From: Clostridia bacterium
GTDB taxonomy: Bacteria; Bacillota; Clostridia; Oscillospirales; CAG-272
Length of the DNA stretch: 64,000 nucleotides
Assembly: GCA_017452545.1 (NCBI GenBank)
Contig: JAFTME010000107.1
Location: 828-64,827, forward strand
Reading direction: 5' to 3'
The notes under the pieces were generated by a model. The model was given only the letters and a program-made list of their open reading frames with translations. It had not been told where the DNA came from and did no database searches. Below, one piece after another: positions 10,146-19,743 of this stretch; position 1 is the stretch's first letter, and the number at the start of each line of letters is the position of its first letter. A program made the translations under genes and the position numbers.

Positions 10146-11493
10146 ATTCTTCCTCCCCCTGCGCCGCCCCCATGCCGCGCAAAAAATAAACGGTATCCGG
10201 TGTCATTCTCCGAGCGGCAGCAATTACCTGCTCCCGCGTGACAGCGGCAAACGCCGCGCGGCAATCCTCAATGGTTTGTGATACGCCGAGCAGCTGGCGC
10301 GTGGTATAAAAGCCGCCGATCGCCTTGGTGCTGTCTGTCAGCTGCGCGTAGGTCGCCAGCAAAAGCTGCCGCGCCGCCTCCAGCTCTGCATCGGTAAACG
10401 CGCCCGTGCGCATCACCTCGACCTGCTCTAAGATCGCCTGCTCCGCCTCATCGCGGCTGTCCTTGTCAATACCGCAGGAAATAATCACGTCACCGCGATC
10501 GATCACGTAGTCCGAGGAGCAGGAATAGCAAAGACTTCTCTCCTCCCTCACTTGGGTAAACAAACGGGATACGGGCGAGGAGCCCAGAATCTCGTTACAA
10601 AGCATCATAGCATAAAATTCGGGATCACCGAGTCGGATCTCCGTGCGGTAGCCCAAAATCAGATGGCTCTGACCAACGGGCATCTCCTCGTCAACGCGTC
10701 GCAGTGGCTGCGCCTTGAGCACCGGCAGACGGAAATCCTCCTGCGCCACAGCTGCCCCTGTCGCAAAACGCGCAGGCAGCTCACGTTCCAGCGTGCGGGC
10801 AAGCAGCGCCGCCAGCACCTGCGGATCCTCGTTGCCAATATAGAAAAAGCGGATCGGTGCCCGACAGAGCATGCGCTCGTGAACGGCAGCCATCTGTTCT
10901 CTTGTGACCGCCTCGATCTGCGCAACGCTGCCGCAGAGCAGATGTCCGTGCTCGTACTGCTCGTTGAAAATATCGTAAAAGCGAGAGAGCGCATACGCAC
11001 TCGGACGGTTGATCAGCGCGCGCACGGCATCTGAAATGTTTTTCTTTTCCGCTTCCACGTAACGCGCGTTCAGCAGACCGTCCGCATCCTTGAGCGGATG
11101 ACAGAGCATCTGCATGATCAAGGAGAGCACCTCCTCGGTCAGCGGCGTATCATCCAGCAAAAAGCGCTGCCCCAAAAGCTCTGCCGAGAAGCCGAGACAC
11201 TGTGCGCTTCCCGTGCTTCCGTTGCGGATGTTGCAGGGCGTAGCATACAGCTCGTCCAGCCGACGGTTGATCAGCTCCATGGAGGGATAACGCTCCGTTC
11301 CCCGACGCAGCACCGACATCAAAAGCGACGCCGCCGGTGCGTCCTCCCTGCGAATGGGAAGCGGCATGGTCATGGAAAGCAAGCCCACCTTAAAGCGATC
11401 GGTAGAACACGCCATCAGTGTCACACCGGGCAGCACCGTCAGAACGACGGGCTCAAGCGCCCCATCCGATTGTACCTCTCGACACTCCGCCAT
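10132..11493 (-). CDS. M16-family peptidase-like protein (no HxxEH, probably the non-catalytic partner)
   Basis: 453 aa of M16-like length and architecture. Overlaps the downstream M16 gene by 14 nt. AGGAGG SD. Confidence 0.8.
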   Translation of the reverse strand: MAECREVQSDGALEPVVLTVLPGVTLMACSTDRFKVGLLSMTMPLPIRREDAPAASLLMSVLRRGTERYPSMELINRRLDELYATPCNIRNGSTGSAQCLGFSAELLGQRFLLDDTPLTEEVLSLIMQMLCHPLKDADGLLNARYVEAEKKNISDAVRALINRPSAYALSRFYDIFNEQYEHGHLLCGSVAQIEAVTREQMAAVHERMLCRAPIRFFYIGNEDPQVLAALLARTLERELPARFATGAAVAQEDFRLPVLKAQPLRRVDEEMPVGQSHLILGYRTEIRLGDPEFYAMMLCNEILGSSPVSRLFTQVREERSLCYSCSSDYVIDRGDVIISCGIDKDSRDEAEQAILEQVEVMRTGAFTDAELEAARQLLLATYAQLTDSTKAIGGFYTTRQLLGVSQTIEDCRAAFAAVTREQVIAAARRMTPDTVYFLRGMGAAQGEEEYEEE

Positions 11494-11612
11494 ACCTCAC
11501 ACCTCCTTTGTATTTCCAACAAAAAACAATCTGACATTATATTATACACCATTTGCACGAAAATTTCAATAGCCGATCTGCGCAAATCTCAAAAAACCGC
11601 TCATTCAGATCC

Positions 11613-12785
11613 TCAAAGCAACACGATTTTGGTATTGGCATCCGCTCCGTCCGTCAGTGCGTGCGCCTCGCCGTCACGAAATGCGACCATTGTATCCCGC
11701 AGCACAATCGTCAGCGGTACCTCTTCCACAGCCCTCGGGCTGCAGGACGCCCCCAGTCCGCGTATGGTTACGTGGTCCAGAACCAGCTCGGCAAGATACG
11801 TTCCCTTTTGCAGCGGCGGCGTGCCCGCCCGGTAATTAAGCAGCCATTCGATATTTTCGATGTTGCAATCCTTGAATACAATATCGTGCGACGGCTCGCT
11901 GTCGGGATAATTTTCACTGGCAAAATAATCAACGAGAAACAGCATATTGTGTCGTCCCGCCTCCTGCGGCAGCTCCTCTCCCCGCCCAAGAACGACCGTC
12001 TTTCGGTGCGGATACTCGCCGGGCCCCCAGATGCGACAATCCTCAAAATGGATATGCACACCGCCGATACGGGAAACGTTGCAGGAGGTATTGAGCTCGC
12101 AGCGTCGTACCGTCAGATCGCTGATGTTGATGCCCGCAACGCAATCGTCACCCGTTCGGAACACACAGTCCTCGATCAGCGTATGCACGCAGCAATGCAG
12201 GTGGATCGCATCCGAGCCGCCAAGGCAGGTGACTTCCGTCATAGTCGTGTCGGTGCAGTTATCCAGCTGATGCATAAAATTACCGCTGTGCGCGATGGTA
12301 TATCCGCGCAGCGTGATATTCTCACAGTTGGTCAGAAAGATACCGTGCGGGCCGCGGTACCCCTTCTCGCCGTTTGCGTCGTAGCAGTTTTTTCCGTCAA
12401 TCAACGCATCCCCCTCGCCGATAATGCTAATGTTACGCTCGCCGTACGCCGAGATCATGGCGCGGCGATAGCTTGCCCACGGCGTTCCGTAATACTGCGT
12501 GATCATCTCCATATCGGTGCGCAGCTCTACACCGGAGGGCACCTCATACACCTCATAATCCTCGCAGTCCTCGCTGCCGATCAGACGCGCACCGTCAAGC
12601 AACAGCAGCGTGGTATCCGACCACATCCGCAAGCTCGACACACAAAATTCTCCCGCAGGCACGACGACCGTACCGCCCACACCGCGACAACGGTCCAGCA
12701 CCGCCTGAATCTCCTCGGTCTGCAGCTTGCCCGTGTCGGCACACACACCGTGCTCGGTCAGTATATACGTTCTCTGCTCTTTCAT
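11613..12785 (-). CDS. glycoside hydrolase family 28-like (polygalacturonase-type right-handed beta-helix)
   Basis: 390 aa. Has the GDDCVAG motif and repeated beta-helix turns. No signal peptide. Confidence 0.8.
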   Translation of the reverse strand: MKEQRTYILTEHGVCADTGKLQTEEIQAVLDRCRGVGGTVVVPAGEFCVSSLRMWSDTTLLLLDGARLIGSEDCEDYEVYEVPSGVELRTDMEMITQYYGTPWASYRRAMISAYGERNISIIGEGDALIDGKNCYDANGEKGYRGPHGIFLTNCENITLRGYTIAHSGNFMHQLDNCTDTTMTEVTCLGGSDAIHLHCCVHTLIEDCVFRTGDDCVAGINISDLTVRRCELNTSCNVSRIGGVHIHFEDCRIWGPGEYPHRKTVVLGRGEELPQEAGRHNMLFLVDYFASENYPDSEPSHDIVFKDCNIENIEWLLNYRAGTPPLQKGTYLAELVLDHVTIRGLGASCSPRAVEEVPLTIVLRDTMVAFRDGEAHALTDGADANTKIVLL

Positions 12786-12950
12786 ATGCTCTCCCTCCGC
12801 AGGCGTTTTGATGTGTTTATTATATCATGTCACCACAGTCTTTGTCAACGCACGCCTCACGCGCAATCATATTTTTTGAATAAATCATTGCTTTTTTTGA
12901 TTATATATGCTACAATAATAGCAATCAATCATGCAAAGGAGGACGTAGCT

Positions 12951-13832
12951 ATGCTCGTATCCACACAAACCGATCTTCTTGCCAATAAATATTCACAGGA
13001 GCAAGCCATCCGTATGCTCGCAGCCGCCGGCTACGAGGCGTTTGACCTCTCGCTGTTTTCCATGCAAAGGGAGGATGACCCCTTCAATTCGGACGATTAT
13101 CTGACCGTTACCCGTCATCTGCGCGCCGTCGCAGACGAGTGCGGCATCTGCTGCAATCAGGCGCACGCACCCTTCCCCTCCTCCAAGGCGGATCAGACCT
13201 ATAACGAGATCACCTTCGCCCGCATCACCCGTGCCATGGAGATCGCCGCGCTGCTCGGCGCCAAGCAGATCATCGTTCATCCCGTGCAGCATCTCTACTA
13301 CCCCGAAAATGCACGCACGCTGCAGCAGATGAACCTCGAGTTTTATAAAGCTCTGATTCCCTATTGCGAAAAATTCGGCATCAAGGTCGCGCTGGAAAAT
13401 ATGTTCCAGATGGATCCTCGCCGCAGAGTGCTGATCGAGAGCACCTGCAACAGTCCCGATGAATTCTGCGCCTATATGGATGCCCTCCCCGCCGAGCATT
13501 TCACGGCTTGCCTGGACATCGGCCATTGCGCGCTGGCAGGACAGGACACCGCCAATATGATCCGCGCCCTCGGTCATGACCGCCTCGGCGCCCTGCACGT
13601 CCACGACAACGATTTCCATCATGATAAGCATACCCTCCCCTTTATGGGTGAGCTCAACTGGGATACCGTCACCACCGCACTTGCCGACATCCGCTACCGG
13701 GGCGACATGACGCTTGAGGCCGATAACTTCTTCTCCCGCCTGCCCGAGCATATGCTCCCCGAGGCCACGACCTTGATGTGCCACGTTGCAAAGCATCTGC
13801 GCGACGAGGTGCAAAGAAAAACGAACGCCTGA
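12951..13832 (+). CDS. sugar phosphate isomerase/epimerase (xylose-isomerase-like TIM barrel)
   Basis: Only the C-terminal 293 codons of track ORF 11553..13832 are credible. ATG 12951 is preceded by AAGGAGGA. Metal-ligand pattern is AxE..HP..D..GH..H.HD. Confidence 0.85.
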   Translation: MLVSTQTDLLANKYSQEQAIRMLAAAGYEAFDLSLFSMQREDDPFNSDDYLTVTRHLRAVADECGICCNQAHAPFPSSKADQTYNEITFARITRAMEIAALLGAKQIIVHPVQHLYYPENARTLQQMNLEFYKALIPYCEKFGIKVALENMFQMDPRRRVLIESTCNSPDEFCAYMDALPAEHFTACLDIGHCALAGQDTANMIRALGHDRLGALHVHDNDFHHDKHTLPFMGELNWDTVTTALADIRYRGDMTLEADNFFSRLPEHMLPEATTLMCHVAKHLRDEVQRKTNA

Positions 13833-13842
13833 CCTCTTTTTT

Positions 13843-13885
13843 CCGTGGGCTGCCGCACCGTGCGAGCAGCCCACGGAATTTTTTC
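13843..13885 (+). terminator. rho-independent terminator
   Basis: CCGTGGGCTGC / GCAGCCCACGG forms an 11-bp stem followed by a T-run. Confidence 0.8.
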
Positions 13886-13926
13886 GGGATTATTGTAAAC
13901 TTTCTTGGCAAAAGAGCAAAAAGACC

Positions 13927-13955
13927 TTGAAAAAACAGTAAAAAAGGTGTATAAT
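13927..13955 (+). promoter_or_regulatory. sigma-A promoter (extended -10)
   Basis: TTGAAA, 17-nt spacer, TGTATAAT. Confidence 0.55.
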
Positions 13956-14009
13956 AGAAAAGTATCAAATATCATTGCAACAGCAAGATGAAATAAGAAA
14001 GGTCATATC

Positions 14010-14846
14010 ATGGCAGAATGTACTCATGATTGCTCGACCTGCTCGAGCAACTGTTCTTCAAGAAAAGAGCCGCAGGATCTGCACGCTCCCCTTTGCGAGC
14101 TCAGCCGCGTCAGCCACGTCATCGGTGTTGTCAGCGGCAAGGGCGGCGTCGGTAAATCCCTCGTCACCTCCATGCTGGCAGTCAATACCCAGCGCGAGGG
14201 CTACAAGGTCGGTATTCTCGATGCCGACATTACCGGTCCCTCCATTCCCAAGGCGTTTGGGCTTGACAAGCCCGTCGAGGGCGACGGCACCCATATGATC
14301 CCGCCCTCTACCACCACCGGCATCGACATTATGTCCGCCAATCTGCTGCTGGACGACGTAGAGAAGCCCGTCATCTGGCGCGGCTCGCTGATCGCAGGCA
14401 CCGTCAAGCAGTTCTGGAGCGACACCATCTGGAACGAGGTCGACTATATGTTCGTCGACTGCCCTCCCGGAACGGGTGACGTTCCGCTGACCGTCTTCCA
14501 GTCCATTCCGCTGGACGGCATCGTCATCGTTACCAGCCCCCAGGAGCTGGTCTCAATGATCGTCGCCAAGGCAGTCAACATGGCAAAGATGATGAATATC
14601 CCCGTGCTGGGTCTTGTCGAAAACCTCAGCTACGTCAAGTGCCCCGATTGCGGTAAGGAAATCAAGGTCTTTGGCGAGAGCCACATCGAGGAGGTTGCCG
14701 AAAAGCACGGTCTTCCCGTGCTGGCGCGCATCCCCATGGATCCCAAGCTGGCAGCGCTGGTCGACAAGGGCTGGATCGAAATGATGCAGAACGACTACCT
14801 CGACGCAGCAACGCAGACCATCATCGAAAAGACGCAAAACAAATAA
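14010..14846 (+). CDS. Mrp/NBP35 (ApbC-type) P-loop Fe-S cluster carrier ATPase
   Basis: 278 aa. Has the deviant Walker A SGKGGVGKS, an N-terminal Cys-rich stretch, and a CPxC motif near the C-terminus. Confidence 0.9.
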   Translation: MAECTHDCSTCSSNCSSRKEPQDLHAPLCELSRVSHVIGVVSGKGGVGKSLVTSMLAVNTQREGYKVGILDADITGPSIPKAFGLDKPVEGDGTHMIPPSTTTGIDIMSANLLLDDVEKPVIWRGSLIAGTVKQFWSDTIWNEVDYMFVDCPPGTGDVPLTVFQSIPLDGIVIVTSPQELVSMIVAKAVNMAKMMNIPVLGLVENLSYVKCPDCGKEIKVFGESHIEEVAEKHGLPVLARIPMDPKLAALVDKGWIEMMQNDYLDAATQTIIEKTQNK

Positions 14847-14858
14847 CGAAAAACGGAC

Positions 14859-14885
14859 GGGCAGCAAGCAGTCATCTTGCTGCCC
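14859..14885 (+). terminator. stem-loop after the mrp-like gene
   Basis: GGGCAGCAAG / CTTGCTGCCC forms a 10-bp stem. The T-tract is weak. Confidence 0.45.
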
Positions 14886-14934
14886 GCCTTTGCCCCATCC
14901 ACCCAAACGCTTCCCTCTGAAGAAAGGAGTTCCC

Positions 14935-15615
14935 ATGCGCGACCGTATCCGTAAGCTGCTCACCTCTCGCCCGCTTCGCATCACCCTACTCTGCCTCGGT
15001 GCCGTGCTGTTGCTCGGCATCGTCACCGCAGCAACGCTCAACGGCATCGTCGTCGGCAGCACCAAAGCGCAAATTCTGCCTGTCGAACAAGCAGCCGCGC
15101 TTGAGGACGTGGACTGCGTCATCGTGCTCGGTGCAGGCCTGCGCCGCGACGGCACACCAAGCGATATGCTGCGCGATCGGCTGGCCGTCGGTGTCGCACT
15201 CTATGAGGCAGGACTGCAAGCCCCGTATCTGATGAGCGGCGACAACCGCACGGACGACTATAACGAGGTCGGTACCATGCAGCGCTGGGCGGTCGAGCAC
15301 GGAATGTCGGATAAGGTCATCTTCCTTGACCCCTACGGTCTTTGCACCTACGATAGCCTGTGGCGCCTGTCACAGCTCGACGGTATCGATCGCATCGTCA
15401 TCGTCACACAGGAATATCACCTCTACCGCGCCCTCTATATTGCCGACACACTCGGCTTTGAGGCATACGGCGTGGACGCCGCACTCAACTCCTACTTCGG
15501 TCAGAGCTACCGCGACGCACGGGAAATTCTGGCACGTATCAAGGATCTCCTCCTCTGCCAATCCCTCCCGCAAGCCGAGCGCACCGACGCTCTGCCTGCG
15601 ATTTCTCTCCCCTGA
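14935..15615 (+). CDS. SanA/YdcF (DUF218) family membrane-anchored protein
   Basis: Start at MRDRIRKL, preceded by GAAAGGAG. N-terminal TM helix followed by a DUF218-like core (VLGAGL..DG.PS). Confidence 0.8.
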   Translation: MRDRIRKLLTSRPLRITLLCLGAVLLLGIVTAATLNGIVVGSTKAQILPVEQAAALEDVDCVIVLGAGLRRDGTPSDMLRDRLAVGVALYEAGLQAPYLMSGDNRTDDYNEVGTMQRWAVEHGMSDKVIFLDPYGLCTYDSLWRLSQLDGIDRIVIVTQEYHLYRALYIADTLGFEAYGVDAALNSYFGQSYRDAREILARIKDLLLCQSLPQAERTDALPAISLP

Positions 15616-15616
15616 C

Positions 15617-15639
15617 GCGCTTTTTTTGCAAAAAAGCGC
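15617..15639. terminator. palindromic hairpin
   Basis: GCGCTTTTTTTGCAAAAAAGCGC. Confidence 0.5.
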
Positions 15640-15776
15640 CGCAAACATGAAAAAACTATTGCTTTTTTGGCAAAAATCGGTTATACTATAAGGGTATGCG
15701 GCTTCTTCCAAAGAGACGCACACCCTTATTTTCGTTACAATTTAATTTGCCGCATCTGCGGCAGGAGGTTTACGAT

Positions 15777-17435
15777 ATGAAAGCACTCAACAAGCTGAAA
15801 CAATTCAACGGTGTCAAGGGTCCCGTCGTTACCATCGTCATGGACGGCGTCGGTATCGCCCCCGACACACTCGCCAACGCAGTCAGCAGCGCATACACGC
15901 CTACGCTGGATATGCTCATGGCAAAATATCCCATGGTCTCCCTCAAGGCACACGGCACTGCCGTCGGTCTTCCCTCTGACGATGACATGGGCAACTCCGA
16001 GGTCGGCCATAACGCACTCGGCTCGGGACAAATCTTCGCACAGGGCGCAAAGTTGGTATCCAATTCCATCGAATCGGGTAAAATGTTCACCTCCGACACC
16101 TGGAATGCCCTTAAGGCACAGGTGCTGAACAACGGCTCCACGCTGCACTTCATCGGTCTGTTCTCCGACGGTAACGTCCACTCTCACATCAATCATCTGA
16201 CTGCAATGATCGAGCAGGCAAAGAAAGATGGCATCAAGACCGTCCGCGTCCACATTCTGCTGGACGGCCGTGACGTTGATCCCACCTCCGCACTGGAGTA
16301 TGTCCGTCCCTTCGAGGCATTCCTCGCCACTCTGAACGACGCCGATTTCGACGCTCGTATCGCCTCCGGCGGCGGCCGTATGAAGATCACCATGGACAGA
16401 TACGAAGCAAACTGGGGCATGGTCGAGGCAGGCTGGAAGACGCACGTGCTTGGCGAGGGGCGCACCTTTGAGAGCGCAGAGGCTGCCATCACCACCTACC
16501 GCGCCGAGATCCCCGGCATCTTGGACCAGGATCTGCCCGCCTTCGTTATCGCCAAGGGCGGCAAGCCCGTCGGTACGATCGAGGACGGCGACAGCGTCAT
16601 CTTCTTCAACTTCCGCGGCGACCGCTCCATCGAGATCTCCCGCGCCTTTGACGGCGACGGTAGCTTTGATGCCTTTGATCGCGTTCGCGTTCCCGCCGTT
16701 CTGTTTGCCGGCATGCTGGAGTACGACGGTGACCTGCATATTCCCCATCGCTATCTGGTCAACCCGCCCGAGATCACCAACACCATGTCCGAGTATCTTG
16801 CCGATAACGGCATCTCCCAGCTCGCCATCTCCGAGACGCAGAAGTACGGCCACGTCACCTATTTCTGGAACGGTAATAAGTCGGGCAAGTTCTCCGAGGA
16901 GCTGGAGACCTATATTGAGATTCCCTCCGACGTCGTTCCCTTCGAGCAGCGTCCCTGGATGAAGTGCGCCGAGATCACCGACAAGCTGATCGAGGCTCTG
17001 GAGAGCGGCGCATATAAGTACCTGCGTGTCAACTTCCCCAACGGCGATATGGTCGGTCATACCGGCTCTCTGCTGGCAACCCGTTGCTCCATGGAGGCGC
17101 TGGACCTGCAGCTTGCCCGCATCCTGCCCGTCATCGATAAGCTGGGCGGCGTTGCGCTGATCACCGCCGACCACGGTAACGCCGACGAAATGCTGGAGAT
17201 GGATAAGAAGAGCGGTCAGCCCAAGCTGGATAAAGCAGGCAACACCGTTCCCAAGACCTCTCATACGCTCAACCGCGTTCCCTGCATCATCTACGACAAC
17301 GTCTGTGCAGACGCGTATACCGTCAAAGAGGATAAGGGTCAGTTCGGTCTTGCCAACGTAGCAGCAACCATGGTCAACCTCATGGGCTACGAGGCTCCCG
17401 AGATGTGGAACGAATCCATCATCGACGTAAAATAA
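15777..17435 (+). CDS. gpmI: 2,3-bisphosphoglycerate-independent phosphoglycerate mutase (long form)
   Basis: Start at MKALNKLKQF. iPGM motifs present: VMDGVGIAP, NSEVGHNALG, ADHGN. Confidence 0.92.
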   Translation: MKALNKLKQFNGVKGPVVTIVMDGVGIAPDTLANAVSSAYTPTLDMLMAKYPMVSLKAHGTAVGLPSDDDMGNSEVGHNALGSGQIFAQGAKLVSNSIESGKMFTSDTWNALKAQVLNNGSTLHFIGLFSDGNVHSHINHLTAMIEQAKKDGIKTVRVHILLDGRDVDPTSALEYVRPFEAFLATLNDADFDARIASGGGRMKITMDRYEANWGMVEAGWKTHVLGEGRTFESAEAAITTYRAEIPGILDQDLPAFVIAKGGKPVGTIEDGDSVIFFNFRGDRSIEISRAFDGDGSFDAFDRVRVPAVLFAGMLEYDGDLHIPHRYLVNPPEITNTMSEYLADNGISQLAISETQKYGHVTYFWNGNKSGKFSEELETYIEIPSDVVPFEQRPWMKCAEITDKLIEALESGAYKYLRVNFPNGDMVGHTGSLLATRCSMEALDLQLARILPVIDKLGGVALITADHGNADEMLEMDKKSGQPKLDKAGNTVPKTSHTLNRVPCIIYDNVCADAYTVKEDKGQFGLANVAATMVNLMGYEAPEMWNESIIDVK

Positions 17436-17446
17436 TAAAACCACAG

Positions 17447-17479
17447 GGGGATTCTTCACGCAAGAATCCCCACTCTTTT
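17447..17479 (+). terminator. rho-independent terminator
   Basis: GGGGATTCTT / AAGAATCCCC stem followed by CTCTTTT. Confidence 0.7.
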
Positions 17480-17489
17480 GGAGGTGCGT

Positions 17490-18005
17490 ATGAAAATCGC
17501 CATACTCGGCTTTTCCGGAAGTGGGAAATCGACCCTTGCCAAGTTTCTCTCCGAGCATTATTCCCTGCCACTTCTGTATCTTGATACGGTGCAGTTTGAA
17601 GAAAACTGGGTCGTCCGTCCACAGGAAGAAAAGGAGAAAATGCTTGCCGCCTTTATGGCGCAGCACGATTCATGGGTTATCGACGGCAACTACACCAAGC
17701 TGTATCAGTCTGAACGGCTGGAGGCTGCCGACATGATCGTTCTCCTCTGCTTCAACCGCTTCGCCTGCCTTGCCCGCGCATTGCGGCGACACCGCACCTA
17801 CCGTGGACGGGTACGCGAATCCATTGCACCGGGATGTAAGGAAAAAATGGATGCTGAATTTGTCCTGTGGATTCTGCACGGCGGACGGAAGCGTGCTGCC
17901 AGGCAGCGCTATCGGGATATCCAAAACAAATATCGCGACAAATGCACCGTCATAAAAAACCAACGGCAGCTCAATGCGTTTTACGCAAGCTTCCGCGAAA
18001 ATTGA
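17490..18005 (+). CDS. P-loop kinase-like protein (topology modulation FlaR / adenylate-kinase-like family)
   Basis: MKIAILGFSGSGKSTLAK contains a Walker A motif. GGAGGTG SD. About 171 aa. Confidence 0.75.
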   Translation: MKIAILGFSGSGKSTLAKFLSEHYSLPLLYLDTVQFEENWVVRPQEEKEKMLAAFMAQHDSWVIDGNYTKLYQSERLEAADMIVLLCFNRFACLARALRRHRTYRGRVRESIAPGCKEKMDAEFVLWILHGGRKRAARQRYRDIQNKYRDKCTVIKNQRQLNAFYASFREN

Positions 18006-18045
18006 AAAAGCGCGCGTCGCACATCGTGCGGAGCGCGCTTTTTTT
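18005..18045. terminator. bidirectional terminator between convergent genes
   Basis: A5-GCGCGC..GCGCGC-T7 with an inner CGCAC/GTGCG stem. Confidence 0.75.
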
Positions 18046-18059
18046 ATTCTTCTGCAAAA

Positions 18060-19721
18060 TCAATCAAAGCTTTGATTGAGATTGATAACGTTACCATCCG
18101 TATTGACCGTTGCAGACTTTGCTTGGTTTTTGATCACCAACTTCGCATCGGGGGCACCGGTCAGAATGGTGTTGCCCGTAACGTTGGCTGCACCTTTGAA
18201 GCCGTTCGACAGCGTCACGGCACAATCGCGTGTGGTAATGGTGTTGCCGACGATCGTAACACCCGCGCCACCACCGATATTGACAGGAATTGCGGAATGA
18301 TCCTTGGCAATACGAACGATATTGCATCCGGTCACCGTCGTCATGCGGCCGCCGTGAACGTCAATGGGCGAAGCGCCGTTGGTCACGATCTCACCGCCGT
18401 TGAACGTCACGAGCGTATCCTTGGCTGTTTCCGCCGTTACCTTCAGACCGTGATGGTGCCCCCAGAAGGTACCACCGACAAAGGTCAGATGGTGCGTGCC
18501 CTCGCCGACAGATACGCCGATCGAGGTCAGGTCAACGCCACAGTTGTCAAAGCTGCCCCAGCAGCCGCCATCGGGCGTGTTGTAAAACTCAAATCCCGTA
18601 CCCGCATTGAAGCAGAACAGATTGACTGCGTGCAGCGCATCGTTCTTGCCGAAGCGGAATGCCGTCGGACAGGTCTGACCGTTGTTCCAGACCTCAATGT
18701 TCTGCAGCGTCGCTATGTCCCACGTGCCCGAAATATCCAAGCCCGTCTTCCACGCCTGCACGATCAGAATATTCTCGAACACGCTGCGACCGGTGTTGCC
18801 GTAGGTCGCCTGAATACCGATCCAGGGCGTATGAATACGAAGGCTGCTCAAATGGCTGCCGACCCCCGAGACCTTGATGGTCTCCGCCGCTTCACTCATA
18901 TCCGCAGAGGTGCCCTGCACGTAAATGTTCAAGCCGCTCAGCGAGCCGGAGCAAACGTCAAACAAAGGCTCCTCCAGATTGTTGTGATAGATGGTCGGCA
19001 GGTCGGTGGAATCCGCCGTCCAGGAGCCGCTCTCATAACCGTACATCGTCACGCAGTTGAGCTTGAGTGTTTCGGTCACAAGATACGTGCCCGCAGGAAC
19101 GTAGACAGGAAGCCCGTCCTTTTCCGCCGCCTTGATTGCCTTTTCAAAAGCAACCGTATCGTCCGACTCACCGTCACCGTCGGCACCGTAATCCTTAACG
19201 TTGTGATATACAACGGCACCCGGCTCGGTGTAGCCGAAGTATACGCACAGGAAGCTGGTGACCGCCTTTGCCGTCGCCGCCTCGCTCTTGCCGACAATGC
19301 AGATCTTGTTGCCGATCTGCGTAATGATATGGTCCGCCTCAGAGGACATCATTTCCTTTGCTTGCGCGGTTTCATCACGGTTGGTGTCGCCGATCAGAAT
19401 TTCAGGCGCAGCAGGGTCGATAGAGCTTCCCGGATCCAGCCAGTCGGTCGTCAGCGCGGGAACGGCGCCCGCCGTCGATTTTGCAACGTTGCGAACAAGC
19501 GTAGCCGCATTCTTTACCGCCTCGCCCGCATTTTCGGGGCGAATAACGGTATATTTTCCAATATTAAGAAACAAATTGCTCATAGAAAGCACCTCCGAAT
19601 TCCCCTCACTCACCTCATCCTTGGGCGTCGGAGCGTTCGGATCCGTACTCTCGCCATCACAGGAAAGCAGCGCGGTGGTGAGCATCAGAATTGCTGTCAA
19701 GATACAAAGGAGTCGTTTCAT
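18060..19721 (-). CDS. lipoprotein with a pectate-lyase-superfamily beta-helix domain
   Basis: 553 aa. Lipobox LLSC after a signal peptide. YHNVKDYGADGDGESDDTVAFEKAI is the hallmark N-terminus of Pectate_lyase_3-type beta-helices. Confidence 0.8.
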   Translation of the reverse strand: MKRLLCILTAILMLTTALLSCDGESTDPNAPTPKDEVSEGNSEVLSMSNLFLNIGKYTVIRPENAGEAVKNAATLVRNVAKSTAGAVPALTTDWLDPGSSIDPAAPEILIGDTNRDETAQAKEMMSSEADHIITQIGNKICIVGKSEAATAKAVTSFLCVYFGYTEPGAVVYHNVKDYGADGDGESDDTVAFEKAIKAAEKDGLPVYVPAGTYLVTETLKLNCVTMYGYESGSWTADSTDLPTIYHNNLEEPLFDVCSGSLSGLNIYVQGTSADMSEAAETIKVSGVGSHLSSLRIHTPWIGIQATYGNTGRSVFENILIVQAWKTGLDISGTWDIATLQNIEVWNNGQTCPTAFRFGKNDALHAVNLFCFNAGTGFEFYNTPDGGCWGSFDNCGVDLTSIGVSVGEGTHHLTFVGGTFWGHHHGLKVTAETAKDTLVTFNGGEIVTNGASPIDVHGGRMTTVTGCNIVRIAKDHSAIPVNIGGGAGVTIVGNTITTRDCAVTLSNGFKGAANVTGNTILTGAPDAKLVIKNQAKSATVNTDGNVINLNQSFD

Positions 19722-19743
19722 TTTGTCTTCCTCCTATCCAGCA

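Noticed and set aside
11553-12950. N-terminal 466 codons of track ORF 11553..13832(+)
   Set aside because: This part is antisense to the GH28-like gene and crosses the AT-rich divergent promoter region. A good SD and ATG at 12951 begin the recognisable TIM-barrel protein.
15735-17666. 643-aa minus-strand ORF
   Set aside because: Antisense to gpmI. Shadow ORF.
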